Positions 34,838 through 46,340 of a stretch of DNA of 64,000 nucleotides are shown piece by piece. The stretch covers positions 96,001 through 160,000 of the forward strand of contig JAVRCV020000049.1 in the NCBI GenBank assembly GCA_034530615.2, in the 5' to 3' direction. Both the position numbers and the translations under genes were made by a program. This DNA comes from Aulosira sp. ZfuVER01. GTDB lineage: Bacteria; Cyanobacteriota; Cyanobacteriia; Cyanobacteriales; Nostocaceae. Below the pieces are notes generated by a model, which was not told the origin of the DNA, ran no database searches, and saw only the letters and a list, made by a program, of their open reading frames with translations. Each line of letters opens with the position of its first letter. Within the stretch, counting starts at the first letter, position 1.

Positions 34838-35866
34838 ATGCAATTTATCGATCAAGCAGTAATTGAAGTGGAAGCTGGCAAAGGTGGCGATGGTATTGTC
34901 GCCTTCCGACGCGAGAAGTATGTACCAGCTGGCGGCCCTTCTGGTGGTAATGGCGGACGGGGTGGTTCAGTAATTTTTGTGGCTGTAGAAAATCTGCAAA
35001 CTCTACTAGATTTCCGATACAATCATAGATTTCAAGCAGAAAATGGTGGTCGTGGCGGCCCAAATAATTGCACTGGCGCATCAGGAAAGGATTTGATCGT
35101 TGAAGTTCCTTGCGGTACTGCTATTTATGATGCCTCAACAGGTTCTTTGCTAGAGGATTTAATCGAACCTGGACAACGTTTTCGAGCTGCGGAAGGTGGT
35201 AAAGGCGGATTGGGAAACCAGCATTTCTTGAGTAACCGCAACCGCGCCCCAGAATACGCCCTCCCCGGACTACCAGGGGAAATGAAAGTACTGCGCTTGG
35301 AATTGAAACTTTTGGCTGAGGTGGGAATTATTGGTTTACCAAATGCTGGCAAATCTACTTTAATTTCATCACTGTCAGCCGCACGTCCCAAAATTGCTGA
35401 CTATCCTTTCACTACCCTCATCCCCAATTTGGGTGTAGTCCGTAAACCGTCTGGCGATGGTACAGTTTTTGCCGATATCCCAGGACTCATTGAAGGGGCT
35501 TCTCATGGGGCGGGGCTGGGATACGACTTTTTACGCCACATTGAGCGTACACGAGTACTGCTGCACTTAATAGATGCTACGAGTGAAGATGTGGTGGGTG
35601 ACTTCCTGACGATTCAGCAAGAATTAAAAGCCTACGGACGGGGTTTAGCAGAACGTCCGCAAATTTTAGCACTGAATAAAATTGATGCAGTCGATCGGGA
35701 AACTGTAGATTTAGAGGCATTGGCTACTGAGTTAAATCATCGTTCTTACGCTCCAGTTTTCTTAATTTCAGCAGTTACCCGCACTGGTTTAGAGCCGATG
35801 TTACAAGAACTTTGGGGAATTCTTGACCAAATTGATGCTGCTGAAGAAGTAGAAGTATTAGGTTAG
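34838..35866 (+). CDS. obgE: GTPase Obg/CgtA
   Basis: [40 protein letters not shown]. Confidence 0.97.
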   Translation: MQFIDQAVIEVEAGKGGDGIVAFRREKYVPAGGPSGGNGGRGGSVIFVAVENLQTLLDFRYNHRFQAENGGRGGPNNCTGASGKDLIVEVPCGTAIYDASTGSLLEDLIEPGQRFRAAEGGKGGLGNQHFLSNRNRAPEYALPGLPGEMKVLRLELKLLAEVGIIGLPNAGKSTLISSLSAARPKIADYPFTTLIPNLGVVRKPSGDGTVFADIPGLIEGASHGAGLGYDFLRHIERTRVLLHLIDATSEDVVGDFLTIQQELKAYGRGLAERPQILALNKIDAVDRETVDLEALATELNHRSYAPVFLISAVTRTGLEPMLQELWGILDQIDAAEEVEVLG

Positions 35867-35876
35867 GTGAAATCCT

Positions 35877-36464
35877 ATGACTATTGCACAGACACAACAA
35901 TATTATTCACCTGAAGAATACCTAGAATTAGAAGTTAATTCTGAGGAACGCCATGAATATATTGATGGTCAAATTATTCTAAAGCCTGGTGGAACACCAA
36001 ATCACAACCAAATAACTGGTAACTTCTGTGCTGCGCTCAATTTTGCTCTCAAAGGTCAGCCTTATCGAGCCTTTGTCACTGACCAGCGTCTATGGGTTCC
36101 TAACAGGCGAATTCACACTTATCCAGATGTAATGGTAGTCAAAACTCCTTTGGAGTATCAGGAAGGAAGACGCGACACTTTGATTAATCCAATATTTATT
36201 GCTGAGGTGTTATCCAAATCTACTAAAAGTTATGACAGGGATGAGAAGTTTGCTGCTTATCGGACAATTCCTAGTTTTCAAGAGTATATTTTGATTGATC
36301 AATATAGGATGCATGTTGAGCAGTATTTTAAAACAGAAAACAATAAATGGATATTTTCGGAATATGAAGAGGGGGATGTAATTTTATCCCTGGCTTCTGT
36401 TTCTTTTCAAATTTCACTAGCAGATATTTACGATAAGGTGGATTTTGATGTAGAACAAGAGTAA
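35877..36464 (+). CDS. Uma2 family endonuclease-fold protein
   Basis: RHEYIDG, YPDVMV, AEVLSKST, EYILIDQ. Confidence 0.9.
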   Translation: MTIAQTQQYYSPEEYLELEVNSEERHEYIDGQIILKPGGTPNHNQITGNFCAALNFALKGQPYRAFVTDQRLWVPNRRIHTYPDVMVVKTPLEYQEGRRDTLINPIFIAEVLSKSTKSYDRDEKFAAYRTIPSFQEYILIDQYRMHVEQYFKTENNKWIFSEYEEGDVILSLASVSFQISLADIYDKVDFDVEQE

Positions 36465-36821
36465 GGTGAAACTGAGCAATTTTTCTTTCAAGCTTACTCT
36501 AAAAGTGCTTTGAAAACTGCCTAATAACCTGAACTTGTCACCAATAAATCTGGGCTGATTATTGAGAATATATTGTTAAGTATAATAACTTATCGAGTAT
36601 TACACTGAATCAGGAATTTCATCGGATATCTGATATAGCGATCGCCAAATAGTCTGTTGGTTTACTCATAGAGGTTGCTAGCTGCACTAATCTGTTCAGT
36701 TTAGTTATTTGGGGAATTCGCTAACGGTATCAGAAACGTCATCCGCAAGCAAAAAGGCGATCGCTTTTTTGAAAATTTAGAATGCGGACTGGGAACACTA
36801 ACTCCAGGTTAATAAGAGTTA

Positions 36822-39800
36822 GTGGCTATGGTCAGCACATTTGAAGTTCAATTACCTGCTTATAGCATTAAAGACAAAATTTATACTGGTACGCGAACGC
36901 TAGTTTACCGAGGAATCAGGAAGCAAGATCGGAAACCAGTAGCAATCAAGCTGATGCGTTTGGAATACCCTAGCTTCCACGAACTCTTACAATTTCGCAA
37001 CCAGTATGTAATTGCCAAAAATCTTGGCATACCTGGTGTGGTTCAGCCTTATAGTTTAGAAAACTACCATAACGGTTACGCTTTAGTTATGGAGGATTTT
37101 GGCGGAATATCTCTCAAAGAATGGGGAATAGAGCAGAGAAATACGCAATTCATCGCAAATTTCTTACTAGTAGCAATTACCATTGCAGATATCTTACACC
37201 AACTCCACAGCGATGCCTGCGGCGGGCTACGTTTAGGCGTAATTCATAAAGATATTAAACCAGCCAATATTTTAATTAATCCAGAAACAAAAGAAGTAAA
37301 GTTAATAGATTTTAGTATTGCCTCTTTTTTACCGCGAGAAGTCCAAGAAATTCAAAGTTTTAATGTTTTAGAAGGAACTCTAGCTTATTTATCTCCCGAA
37401 CAAACTGGACGCATGAACCGCGGAGTTGACTATCGCACAGATTTTTACTCTCTAGGTGTAACTTTTTACGAAATACTAACTGGACAATTACCCTTTTATT
37501 CAGAAGATCCAATTGAATTAATTCACGCTCATTTAGCAAAACAAGCAACACCACCTCATCAGATTAATCCTGCTATCCCCCAGACAATTTCGCAAATTAT
37601 TACCAAATTAATGGCGAAAAATGCAGAGTCACGCTATCAAAGTGCTTTGGGTTTGAAATATGACTTGGAAACTTGCTTACACAGCTTACAAGAGACAGGA
37701 GAAATTCCAGATTTTGAAATTGGTAAAAAAGATATTCAAAACCATTTTTTGATACCCGAAAAGCTTTATGGTAGAGAGCAGGAAGTTCAAACATTACTAG
37801 ATGCATTTGAACGGGTTGCAAATGGCGCATCCGAATTAATGTTAGTAGCAGGATTTTCAGGAATTGGTAAAACCGCAGTTGTCAACGAAGTTCATAAACC
37901 GATAGTCAAACAACGCGGATACTTTATCAAAGGAAAATTTGACCAATTCAATCGCAATATTCCCTTCTCAGCATTTGTGCAAGCATTTCGCAATTTGATG
38001 GGTCAATTATTAACAGAGCCAGATGCAATAATTCAAGAATGGAAAACAAAAATCATCGCAGCCTTAGGCGAAAATGGTCAGGTAATTATTGAAGTTATAC
38101 CCGAATTAAAGTTAATTATTGGTCAGCAACCACCAGCACCAGATTTATCCGGTAGTGCTGCTCAAAACCGTTTTAATTTATTACTGCAACAATTTATTCA
38201 AGTATTTACTACTAAAGAGCATCCATTAGTACTGTTTTTGGATGATTTACAATGGGCTGATTCTGCTTCTTTGAAACTCATAGAGTTGTTGATAGGTAAT
38301 ACAAATAATGGTTATTTGTTATTAATCGGGGCATATAGAGATAATGAAGTTACACCTGCCCATCCCTTGATGTTAACTCTAGAAAAAATTACCCAACTTG
38401 CTGCTACGGTTAATACTATTATATTGCAGAATCTCAGTTATTTAAAACTGAATCAATTAGTAGCAGATACATTGGGTTGCGTAGAAGATTTGGCATGGAC
38501 TCTTTCACAATTAATCTATCAAAAAACCCAAGGCAATCCCTTTTTTGCTACCCAGTTTCTCAAAGCATTACATCAAGAGGGGTTAATTGAGTTCAATGTA
38601 TCAGAGGGATGTTGGCAATGTGATATTACACAAATTAATCTGCAAGCGCTAACCGATGATGTAGTTGAATTTATGGCCTTTCAACTGCGAAAGCTACCGC
38701 AATCAACTCAACAAGTCCTCAAACTAGCTGCTTGTATTGGTAATCAATTTGATTTAAAAATATTGGCAACTGTTTCTGAAAAGTCAGAGGTAGAAACTGC
38801 TACTTGTCTGTGGAATGCCTTACATGAAAGTTTAATTTTACCCCAAAATAATGTATACAAATTTTACGTGGGTGAGGTAAATCAAGTAGTTGCTCAGGAA
38901 AGTTCTGAGATTGTTGCGTACAAATTTCTGCACGATCGCGTTCAACAAGCTGCTTACTCTTTAATTCCTGAATCTCACAAGAAATCTACTCATTTAAAGA
39001 TTGGGCAGCTACTTTTAAAAAACACATCCACTGAAGCACTGGAAGCAAGTATTTTTGAGATTGTTAGTCAGTTAAATCAAGGAATTGAGATCGTTACTCA
39101 ACAATCTGAAAAATACAATTTAGCTCAACTTAATTTGATAGCTGGGAGAAAAGCAAAAGCTTCTACGGCTTATAAAGCAGCCGTAAAATATTTGACATTA
39201 GGTATGGAATTACTGTTAGAAAATAGTTGGAAAAGTCACTACACGCTGACATTCGGATTATATCGAGAATTGGCAGAGTGTGAATATTTAACTGGTAATT
39301 TAAATCAAGCTGAAAAACTATTCGATTTAGCTTTAAGTCATGCTCAAAATCAGTTTGAACAAGCAGATATTTATGCTGTTCAGATGTATCTGAAAATGAC
39401 CCAAGGTGAAAATATCCAAGCTGCTTGTGAAGCGGGATTGCAAGGGTTAAGCGTTATGGGAATGCAACTCCCGATCGCCATTGCAGAACAACAAGCCGCT
39501 ATCAAAACTGAACTAGAAGAGTTAAACACTAAACTTGCCAAGATTCAGCCAACAGATTTATTTAATCTACCGGAAATGACAGACCCTGTGAAGAAGGTCT
39601 GTATGAGTCTTTTAGCTGACCTTTGGGCAGCTACTTATATGGCAGGTCATCAATACCTTGCTGGGCTGAGTCCTTTACTGATGATTAATTTATCGTTGAA
39701 ATATGGCAATGCTCAAGCTTCTGGTTTTGCTTACTGTCTTTATGGGATGAGTTTGGCTAATCAAGGAGATTATCAAACAGCTTATGAGTTCGGCACATTA

Positions 39801-42680
39801 GCTCAAAAACTCGATCGCCATTTCAATAGCACCAAGTTTATTTATAAGACGAATAATATTTTTGCACATACTATTAATCCTTATAATCGGCATTTGAAAA
39901 CGAATTTAGCGGTGTCTGAGCAATCGTTTCAAACTAGCCGAGAAGCTGGAGATGTTGTGTTTGGTGTCTGGGCAGTTTCGTTTTTGATTTGGGCAATGTT
40001 AGTCAAAGGCGATCGCCTGGCTGATGTTTATGCAGAAACCGAGAAATATCTCGCTTATGTACAGCAGGTTAACGATGTGAATATGCTGTATGCCTTTACA
40101 TTACAGCGACAGTTCCTGCTAAATCTGCAAGACTCCTCTCAAAAAACTGATTTATTAAGCGATCGCCATGACGAGGAAGTTCTATATATAGACGTTTGGC
40201 GGCAAAAGCAGAACTTTGAACACGGAATTAATTGGTACTGCTTTCTCAAATTACAACTTGCATACATTTATGGGCGCTATGCAGAAGGCGTTGCAGCAGC
40301 AAGAGAAACAGAGAAAACCTTACCTGCTAACGCTGGATTTTTCCCGATTATTCAATACCATTTCTATTACCCCCTCTGTTTAGCCGCACTCTATACGGCT
40401 GCGACATCAGAGGAAAAACAGCAGTATTGGCAGCTTCTACAAGAACATCGCCAAATTATCAAACAATGGGCGGATAATTGCTCAGAAAATTTTCAACATC
40501 GCTATCTATTGCTATCTGCGGAAATGTTAAAAATTTCTGGCAGGGGTATTGAAGCCATAGATTTATACGATCGCGCCATTGCTTTTGCCAAAGCCAACGA
40601 ATATATCCAAGAAGAAGCGATCGCTAATGAACTCGCCGCCAAGTTTTATTTGGAATGGGGTAAAGAAAAAGTGGCCGCAGGCTATATGCAAGAAGCTTAC
40701 TACTGTTATGCGCGGTGGGGAGCATTAACTAAAACCCAAGATCTGGAAAACCGCTATCCCGATTTGTTGCGCCCAATTTTGCATCAATCAGCCCAAAGCC
40801 TAAATCCCTTGGAAACCTTAGCTGCGATTGTGGGTTCTAATGCTACGATTCAAACCTCTACCATTAGCTGCGCGTCCAGCACTAGCATTAATGCAGCCAT
40901 TGATTTCGCTACAATCCTCCAAGCCTCTCAAGCCATTTCTAGCACAATTGAATTAGATGAATTGCTGCACCAACTAAGCCAAATTATTCTCCAACATTCT
41001 GGCAGCGATCGCTGTGCTTTAATCCTACCTGATAGCTATGGCGACTGGCACCTAAGAGCTATTGCTACACCTGAAATCACAGAACTTTGTTCCCAACCTT
41101 TAGAAGGCAATTCTAACTTACCGATCAAGCTGATACAGTACGTCAAAAACACCAAAGAAATCGTTATCATCAACAATCTCAAAACCGATCTACCCGTAAT
41201 TGACGAATATTTGACTCAGCGACAACCTAAGAGTGTACTGTGCTTGCCAATTCTTAATCAGGGGCATTTAATTGGGATTTTGTATTTGAAGAATTACTCA
41301 ACCAGTGATGTATTTACAAGCGATCATATTCTCATACTTAACTTTCTTTGTACTCAAGCTGCCATTTCTCTGGAAAATGCACGACTCCACGCCCTAGAAC
41401 GGGAGAAATCTTATCATCTAGAGCAATCTCAACGAAGATTGCAACTAATCATTCAACAAACACCTGTAGCTGTAATGGAATGGAATACTAGTTTTGAATT
41501 TCAGTCTTGGAACCCAGCAGCAGCAAAAGTTTTTGGCTATCGAGAAGAGGAAATTTTAGGTAGACATTTCCGTTGCATTATTCCCGAAGAGTATCATATT
41601 TATGTAGATGATGTTGCCACCCAAATTTTAGAGCAAAGTGGGGGATCTCATGCAATTAACGAAAACTTGACTAAGGATGGGAAACGTATTATTTGTGAGT
41701 GGTTTAATGCACCAATGTTTAACTCGAATGGTGAAGTTTGTGGTGCAGTTTCGATGGCTTTAGATATTAGCGATCGCAAACTGGCTGAAGCTGCTGTAAA
41801 GCAAAAATCTCAAGAACTAGAACAAGCACTGCAAACCTTACAACAAGCACAATTACAAATTGTTCAAAGCGAAAAAATGTCTGCTTTAGGTAATCTTGTT
41901 GCAGGTGTTGCTCACGAAATTAATAACCCTGTTGGCTTTATTAATGGTAATATTGAACCAGCATACGAAAGCGTTCAAGATTTATTTAATTTGCTCGAAC
42001 TTTATCAAGATAAATTTCCTCAACCAGGTGAAGAAATCGAGTTAGAAATTGAAAATATTGATTTAGAATATCTGCAAGAAGATTTACCAAAATTAATTTA
42101 TTCAATGAAAGAAGGAGTGCAACGTATCCGCGAAATTAGTAATAGTTTGCGTATCTTCTCTCGCGCTGATTCTGAATATAAAGTTCCTTTTAACATTCAT
42201 GATGGTTTAGATAGTACTATCTTAATTCTCAAACATCGCCTCAAATCTAACGAAAACCATCCAGCAATTGAAATTATTAAAAATTATGGTAATTTACCCC
42301 AAATAGAGTGCTTCCCTGGACAGTTAAATCAGGTATTTATGAATTTATTGGCCAATGCTATTGATGCATTGGAAGAGTCAAATATCGGACGTAGTTTTGC
42401 TGATATTCAAGCTCACCCCAATCAGATAGCTATTACTACACAACTGAGTGAGAATTCCAAGCAAGTAAATATTAGCATCAAAGATAATGGTATAGGAATG
42501 ACACAAGAAATCAAAGATAAAGTTTTTGACCATCTTTATACTACGAAAATGGTTGGCAAAGGTACAGGTTTAGGATTAGCGATCGCCCGGCAAATTATTG
42601 TTGAAAAACATGGGGGTAATCTCGAAGTTAATTCCGCACCAACTCAAGGAGCAGAGTTTGTAATTACACTACCCATGTGA
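36822..42680 (+). CDS. Hybrid Ser/Thr kinase-AAA ATPase-GAF-PAS-histidine kinase (HstK-like)
   Basis: IHKDIKPAN, YLSPEQTGR, Walker A GFSGIGKT, LDDLQWAD, VAHEINNP, GTGLGL. Confidence 0.93.
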   Translation: MAMVSTFEVQLPAYSIKDKIYTGTRTLVYRGIRKQDRKPVAIKLMRLEYPSFHELLQFRNQYVIAKNLGIPGVVQPYSLENYHNGYALVMEDFGGISLKEWGIEQRNTQFIANFLLVAITIADILHQLHSDACGGLRLGVIHKDIKPANILINPETKEVKLIDFSIASFLPREVQEIQSFNVLEGTLAYLSPEQTGRMNRGVDYRTDFYSLGVTFYEILTGQLPFYSEDPIELIHAHLAKQATPPHQINPAIPQTISQIITKLMAKNAESRYQSALGLKYDLETCLHSLQETGEIPDFEIGKKDIQNHFLIPEKLYGREQEVQTLLDAFERVANGASELMLVAGFSGIGKTAVVNEVHKPIVKQRGYFIKGKFDQFNRNIPFSAFVQAFRNLMGQLLTEPDAIIQEWKTKIIAALGENGQVIIEVIPELKLIIGQQPPAPDLSGSAAQNRFNLLLQQFIQVFTTKEHPLVLFLDDLQWADSASLKLIELLIGNTNNGYLLLIGAYRDNEVTPAHPLMLTLEKITQLAATVNTIILQNLSYLKLNQLVADTLGCVEDLAWTLSQLIYQKTQGNPFFATQFLKALHQEGLIEFNVSEGCWQCDITQINLQALTDDVVEFMAFQLRKLPQSTQQVLKLAACIGNQFDLKILATVSEKSEVETATCLWNALHESLILPQNNVYKFYVGEVNQVVAQESSEIVAYKFLHDRVQQAAYSLIPESHKKSTHLKIGQLLLKNTSTEALEASIFEIVSQLNQGIEIVTQQSEKYNLAQLNLIAGRKAKASTAYKAAVKYLTLGMELLLENSWKSHYTLTFGLYRELAECEYLTGNLNQAEKLFDLALSHAQNQFEQADIYAVQMYLKMTQGENIQAACEAGLQGLSVMGMQLPIAIAEQQAAIKTELEELNTKLAKIQPTDLFNLPEMTDPVKKVCMSLLADLWAATYMAGHQYLAGLSPLLMINLSLKYGNAQASGFAYCLYGMSLANQGDYQTAYEFGTLAQKLDRHFNSTKFIYKTNNIFAHTINPYNRHLKTNLAVSEQSFQTSREAGDVVFGVWAVSFLIWAMLVKGDRLADVYAETEKYLAYVQQVNDVNMLYAFTLQRQFLLNLQDSSQKTDLLSDRHDEEVLYIDVWRQKQNFEHGINWYCFLKLQLAYIYGRYAEGVAAARETEKTLPANAGFFPIIQYHFYYPLCLAALYTAATSEEKQQYWQLLQEHRQIIKQWADNCSENFQHRYLLLSAEMLKISGRGIEAIDLYDRAIAFAKANEYIQEEAIANELAAKFYLEWGKEKVAAGYMQEAYYCYARWGALTKTQDLENRYPDLLRPILHQSAQSLNPLETLAAIVGSNATIQTSTISCASSTSINAAIDFATILQASQAISSTIELDELLHQLSQIILQHSGSDRCALILPDSYGDWHLRAIATPEITELCSQPLEGNSNLPIKLIQYVKNTKEIVIINNLKTDLPVIDEYLTQRQPKSVLCLPILNQGHLIGILYLKNYSTSDVFTSDHILILNFLCTQAAISLENARLHALEREKSYHLEQSQRRLQLIIQQTPVAVMEWNTSFEFQSWNPAAAKVFGYREEEILGRHFRCIIPEEYHIYVDDVATQILEQSGGSHAINENLTKDGKRIICEWFNAPMFNSNGEVCGAVSMALDISDRKLAEAAVKQKSQELEQALQTLQQAQLQIVQSEKMSALGNLVAGVAHEINNPVGFINGNIEPAYESVQDLFNLLELYQDKFPQPGEEIELEIENIDLEYLQEDLPKLIYSMKEGVQRIREISNSLRIFSRADSEYKVPFNIHDGLDSTILILKHRLKSNENHPAIEIIKNYGNLPQIECFPGQLNQVFMNLLANAIDALEESNIGRSFADIQAHPNQIAITTQLSENSKQVNISIKDNGIGMTQEIKDKVFDHLYTTKMVGKGTGLGLAIARQIIVEKHGGNLEVNSAPTQGAEFVITLPM

Positions 42681-42781
42681 ACGCAAATAAACAAAAACTA
42701 CTTTGAGAGTTACCCTATGTTGCTCAACGACAATTTGGGGGAGATTTGGCGAAGCTATCACCAAGTGCAAACGTGCAGAGT

Positions 42782-43909
42782 TTAAACTTTGAAAAACCAG
42801 CGTTGGCGATACATAATTACTGCAACTAACCACCAAAATAATACGGTGACAAGGGCAAACAAGAATGAACCGTTGAAGGTTCCAGCCCAAGAAGCAAAAA
42901 CATTCTGGTAAATCCAATCGTAAGTGCTGGGGGCTTTTTCACCAGTACCGATATTGGTTTTCACTAAGATTTTAATTAGTAAAACAGAAGCAACGAAAAG
43001 AGCGATCGCATTTAAGCCCATGATTTCAAATGGTTTACCCCAGCGCTTTATCCGCCGAACTTCGATGAGTTCGTAACAAGCGGCTAATAATAGTAACGCC
43101 CATCCACTGGTAAACACAACATAGGAACTCGTCCAGATTTTTTTGTTGATGGGAAATGTCCAGCCCCACGCCCAACCAATAATTAAGCAACCGATACCAA
43201 ATAAAGCTAAACCAATACTTGTGCGCGATTGCACTGGCTGAGAACGTATCCATTGTCCTGAGAAATAACCAGCTAGGACGCTGACAATAGCGGGAATTGT
43301 GCTGAAAAGTCCCTCTGGATCTCCCATCAAGTTGAAACCATCGCCCTTATACAGATGTGCTTGCGGTATGATCGAGCGATCGATATATGCACCGAAGTTA
43401 CCTTCCCTTGTCAATACGCCAGCACCATAACCAGGTACAGGTATATACATCATTGCTAACCAATAGCCGATGAGTAGCACGCCTGCTAATATCCATTGCC
43501 CTTTACGCGGTAACTTGAGGACTGTTAAGGAAGCAAATAGGTAAGCCAGACTAATCCTTTGTAACACCCCCATAATGCGGATGCTGCTCAAGTCAAAAGT
43601 CCAAATACCTTTATTCCAAAAACCATTTAGCAGCAAACCTAAAGCAAAGAGAATCGCCGCACGGCGCAAAATTCGCCAGTAAACAGCTGATTGAGGTTTT
43701 TCTCCTTCGGTGTACTTTGACAGTGAGAAAGTCATTGCCACACCGATAATGAATAGGAAGAAAGGAAATACTAAGTCAGTTGGTGTACAACCATGCCAAT
43801 CGGCATGAGCTAAGGGAGGATATACATCATCTGCGACTCCCGCCATATTAACGAGAATCATGCCAGCAATGGTAATACCTCGAAAAACATCAAGTGAGGT
43901 CAGACGCAT
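42782..43909 (-). CDS. Heparan-alpha-glucosaminide N-acetyltransferase-like membrane acyltransferase
   Basis: RLTSLDVFRG, HADWHG..DLVFPFF, GVLQRI, DPEG, PINKKIWTSSY. Confidence 0.85.
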   Translation of the reverse strand: MRLTSLDVFRGITIAGMILVNMAGVADDVYPPLAHADWHGCTPTDLVFPFFLFIIGVAMTFSLSKYTEGEKPQSAVYWRILRRAAILFALGLLLNGFWNKGIWTFDLSSIRIMGVLQRISLAYLFASLTVLKLPRKGQWILAGVLLIGYWLAMMYIPVPGYGAGVLTREGNFGAYIDRSIIPQAHLYKGDGFNLMGDPEGLFSTIPAIVSVLAGYFSGQWIRSQPVQSRTSIGLALFGIGCLIIGWAWGWTFPINKKIWTSSYVVFTSGWALLLLAACYELIEVRRIKRWGKPFEIMGLNAIALFVASVLLIKILVKTNIGTGEKAPSTYDWIYQNVFASWAGTFNGSFLFALVTVLFWWLVAVIMYRQRWFFKV

Positions 43910-44017
43910 AGCAGAAATTTATCTTGGAAATATCTAACATTACTCCTGCTGTTGCAGACGAGCAAGGAAATTTTTTAGCCCAACATACAAGTTAAAATTT
44001 TGTAAAGTTTACAATCT

Positions 44018-45958
44018 TCAACGATTAGGGTACACATGGCGCATTTCAAAACGACTCTGTTCCCAAAGTGGTAGCAATGCTTGCTTTGCTGCGTTCATCT
44101 GAGGTTGTGAGCAGTTAATTTTTCCCTTTTCTATAATCCAGATAAATATCCGAGTTAATAAATCTGCATTCAAACTTGTTTCGTATTCGTCATTATTTAT
44201 TCTCTTAACTTGTTCATCTAAGCAACTGACAACATTTTTAAAATTTACCGACTTCCTATATATTGAGTTGCCTTTATCACTTTTATCTTGTCCATTCTGC
44301 CAATAAATTCTAGATAAATTTCCCATAATATAATCCATACCATCTATGGCAGAGTCAGTATTTCTGACTAAATCTGTAAATGCTCTATAATATGAGCGCA
44401 AAAGCACAGCAGCAATATTTTCTATATATAGATTTAGCCAAGACTGAATATCTCGTAAATAGGGTAATAAATCTTTGATATCATCAATTTCTTTTAAGGA
44501 TGGGCGCTCATATTGATTAGCTTTGATGGCTGCTAGTAATTCCTCTTCAGATAATTGAGTCTGCTGTGAGTAATAATCAATAACTTTAGGAATATACTTT
44601 TCTAATAACCACTGTTTAGTATATCTAGCCGTCCAGGTTCCAAGCGGGCCAATATCTTGCTGCCAGGAAGTCAGCGACTTTTTTTCTAGGGATTTTAGAT
44701 GAACTTCATTTATCTCATAAATAAGGCTAATTTGATTATTGACTAATAGAGAGGAATGACTGCTGATTTTAGGTACAATAAATGCGCTATCGCGAATGCC
44801 CCGACTGAGGCGAATTGAGAAATTTTCTTGATGAAACAAATGCCATTCTGTTTTACCTTTAGCATAATCAAATTCATGAGCAAATTTATACATTAGCTCC
44901 CACAATCCTGAATCTACATCAAAAAGCTGAAAGCCGCGAATACCTGAAAATTCTACAAATTCAAATTCCCATGTTTGTAAATTATTCTCAAAATCTATAA
45001 TTGAATTCTTGTATTGCTGGCAAATTTCATCAATGCATAAACATAAGTCTATCGTTTCTACTTCAGATAAAATTAGTATGGTTTGCCCTAAATAAGCCTC
45101 AAATGCATTTTTTTCTACCTGTTTTATAAAAGGACGACATTTCCAATGGGGCTGAGTGTTCATTCCTGTCATGAAACAGCCTAAAATATTTTGATGATTT
45201 ATACTAATTCTTATGCCTCTAAAAACAATGTTACTAAATTCTATTTCACAATTACCGCGACCAAGTGCTTGAGGTAGATTACATTTAATTGCTACTTTAG
45301 GTTTAACAACAATCAAATGATTTCCATCTCTTGTAATCTCTGGTTGAAAATCAAATTTTGTTAATAAGTTTTGCAAATGTGGATCGCGTCTGAGAAATTT
45401 CTCCAATAATACATGATGATTAAAATTTAATAAATTATTTGTATTCTTATTGAGGGATTTTACATAATGAAAATTAAGAGATTGATAAAAATTTGCAGCA
45501 AATTCTTGATTTTTTAAAATATCGACACTTGTATCAAATAAAGAATATTCTCGACGGTAGCGCCAGCATTGCAAAACCTGAACATGATATCCATTGGTAA
45601 CTATAAAAAAGAATGGTCTTAAATGAATGCTGTATAACCTCAATTGCGCAATTACTGGAGAGAAATTACTGTGATGGGGTTGTTGGGCTGCAACCATTAC
45701 CAGTGATGTATCTGCATTCTGTTGTGCAAAATTATCTGTAGCAAAATAAACTTGATCGACTTCTAGTTTTGTACTCCCGTTTTCTGGTTGATATCCATGC
45801 ACAATAAATTTACTCTGGCGACATCTTTCTGGATATCTGAGATACCGAAACATCGGTAAAATAAAGTTAGTTTCTACATCATCTATATTTTGTAAAATGC
45901 GATAGTCAAAACCTTGTATCCATTTGATAAATTGTTGAATTGGCTCGGAATCTGACAT
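44018..45958 (-). CDS. Hypothetical protein with a degenerate HsdR_N-like PD-(D/E)xK domain
   Basis: VETNFILPMFRYLRY, EVDQVY, AQLRLYS, IVTNG resemble the type I restriction N-terminal fold. Confidence 0.55.
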   Translation of the reverse strand: MSDSEPIQQFIKWIQGFDYRILQNIDDVETNFILPMFRYLRYPERCRQSKFIVHGYQPENGSTKLEVDQVYFATDNFAQQNADTSLVMVAAQQPHHSNFSPVIAQLRLYSIHLRPFFFIVTNGYHVQVLQCWRYRREYSLFDTSVDILKNQEFAANFYQSLNFHYVKSLNKNTNNLLNFNHHVLLEKFLRRDPHLQNLLTKFDFQPEITRDGNHLIVVKPKVAIKCNLPQALGRGNCEIEFSNIVFRGIRISINHQNILGCFMTGMNTQPHWKCRPFIKQVEKNAFEAYLGQTILILSEVETIDLCLCIDEICQQYKNSIIDFENNLQTWEFEFVEFSGIRGFQLFDVDSGLWELMYKFAHEFDYAKGKTEWHLFHQENFSIRLSRGIRDSAFIVPKISSHSSLLVNNQISLIYEINEVHLKSLEKKSLTSWQQDIGPLGTWTARYTKQWLLEKYIPKVIDYYSQQTQLSEEELLAAIKANQYERPSLKEIDDIKDLLPYLRDIQSWLNLYIENIAAVLLRSYYRAFTDLVRNTDSAIDGMDYIMGNLSRIYWQNGQDKSDKGNSIYRKSVNFKNVVSCLDEQVKRINNDEYETSLNADLLTRIFIWIIEKGKINCSQPQMNAAKQALLPLWEQSRFEMRHVYPNR

Positions 45959-46340
45959 TTAATAATTTACTTGAAGAGATGTTTTCTAATTAGCAATTTA
46001 TCAAGTCAGTTGGAATGGTGCAGTGATGTCCAATACTCTTCAGGAGTTCTGAGTAAAACAAAGCACAATAATCTGATGCGCGTCTAGGGGGATTCCTTCT
46101 ACCCTCTACCTTATTACTTCTGCCTTCTTAAAACTCAGCACTCCACAAGTGAGGTAATACTACTACTTGAGAAAGACGTGAAGACCGATCCAGCTATTTA
46201 CCACCCTCTTCTTACAATGATTTTATAAAGACAAATTTGATTCTCTTTGCCATGAACACTTCGCTAGGGCGGATAGACCGTCTTGCGAGTGTTAGTTATC
46301 CCTATCCTCTCTGTGTCTGGAGTGGTTTCTCCACAAGCCT

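Noticed and set aside
34822..34848. CIRCE element (ttagcactc)
   Set aside because: Only the left half-site is present and it is part of an STRR run; no complete CIRCE is seen before clpB either.
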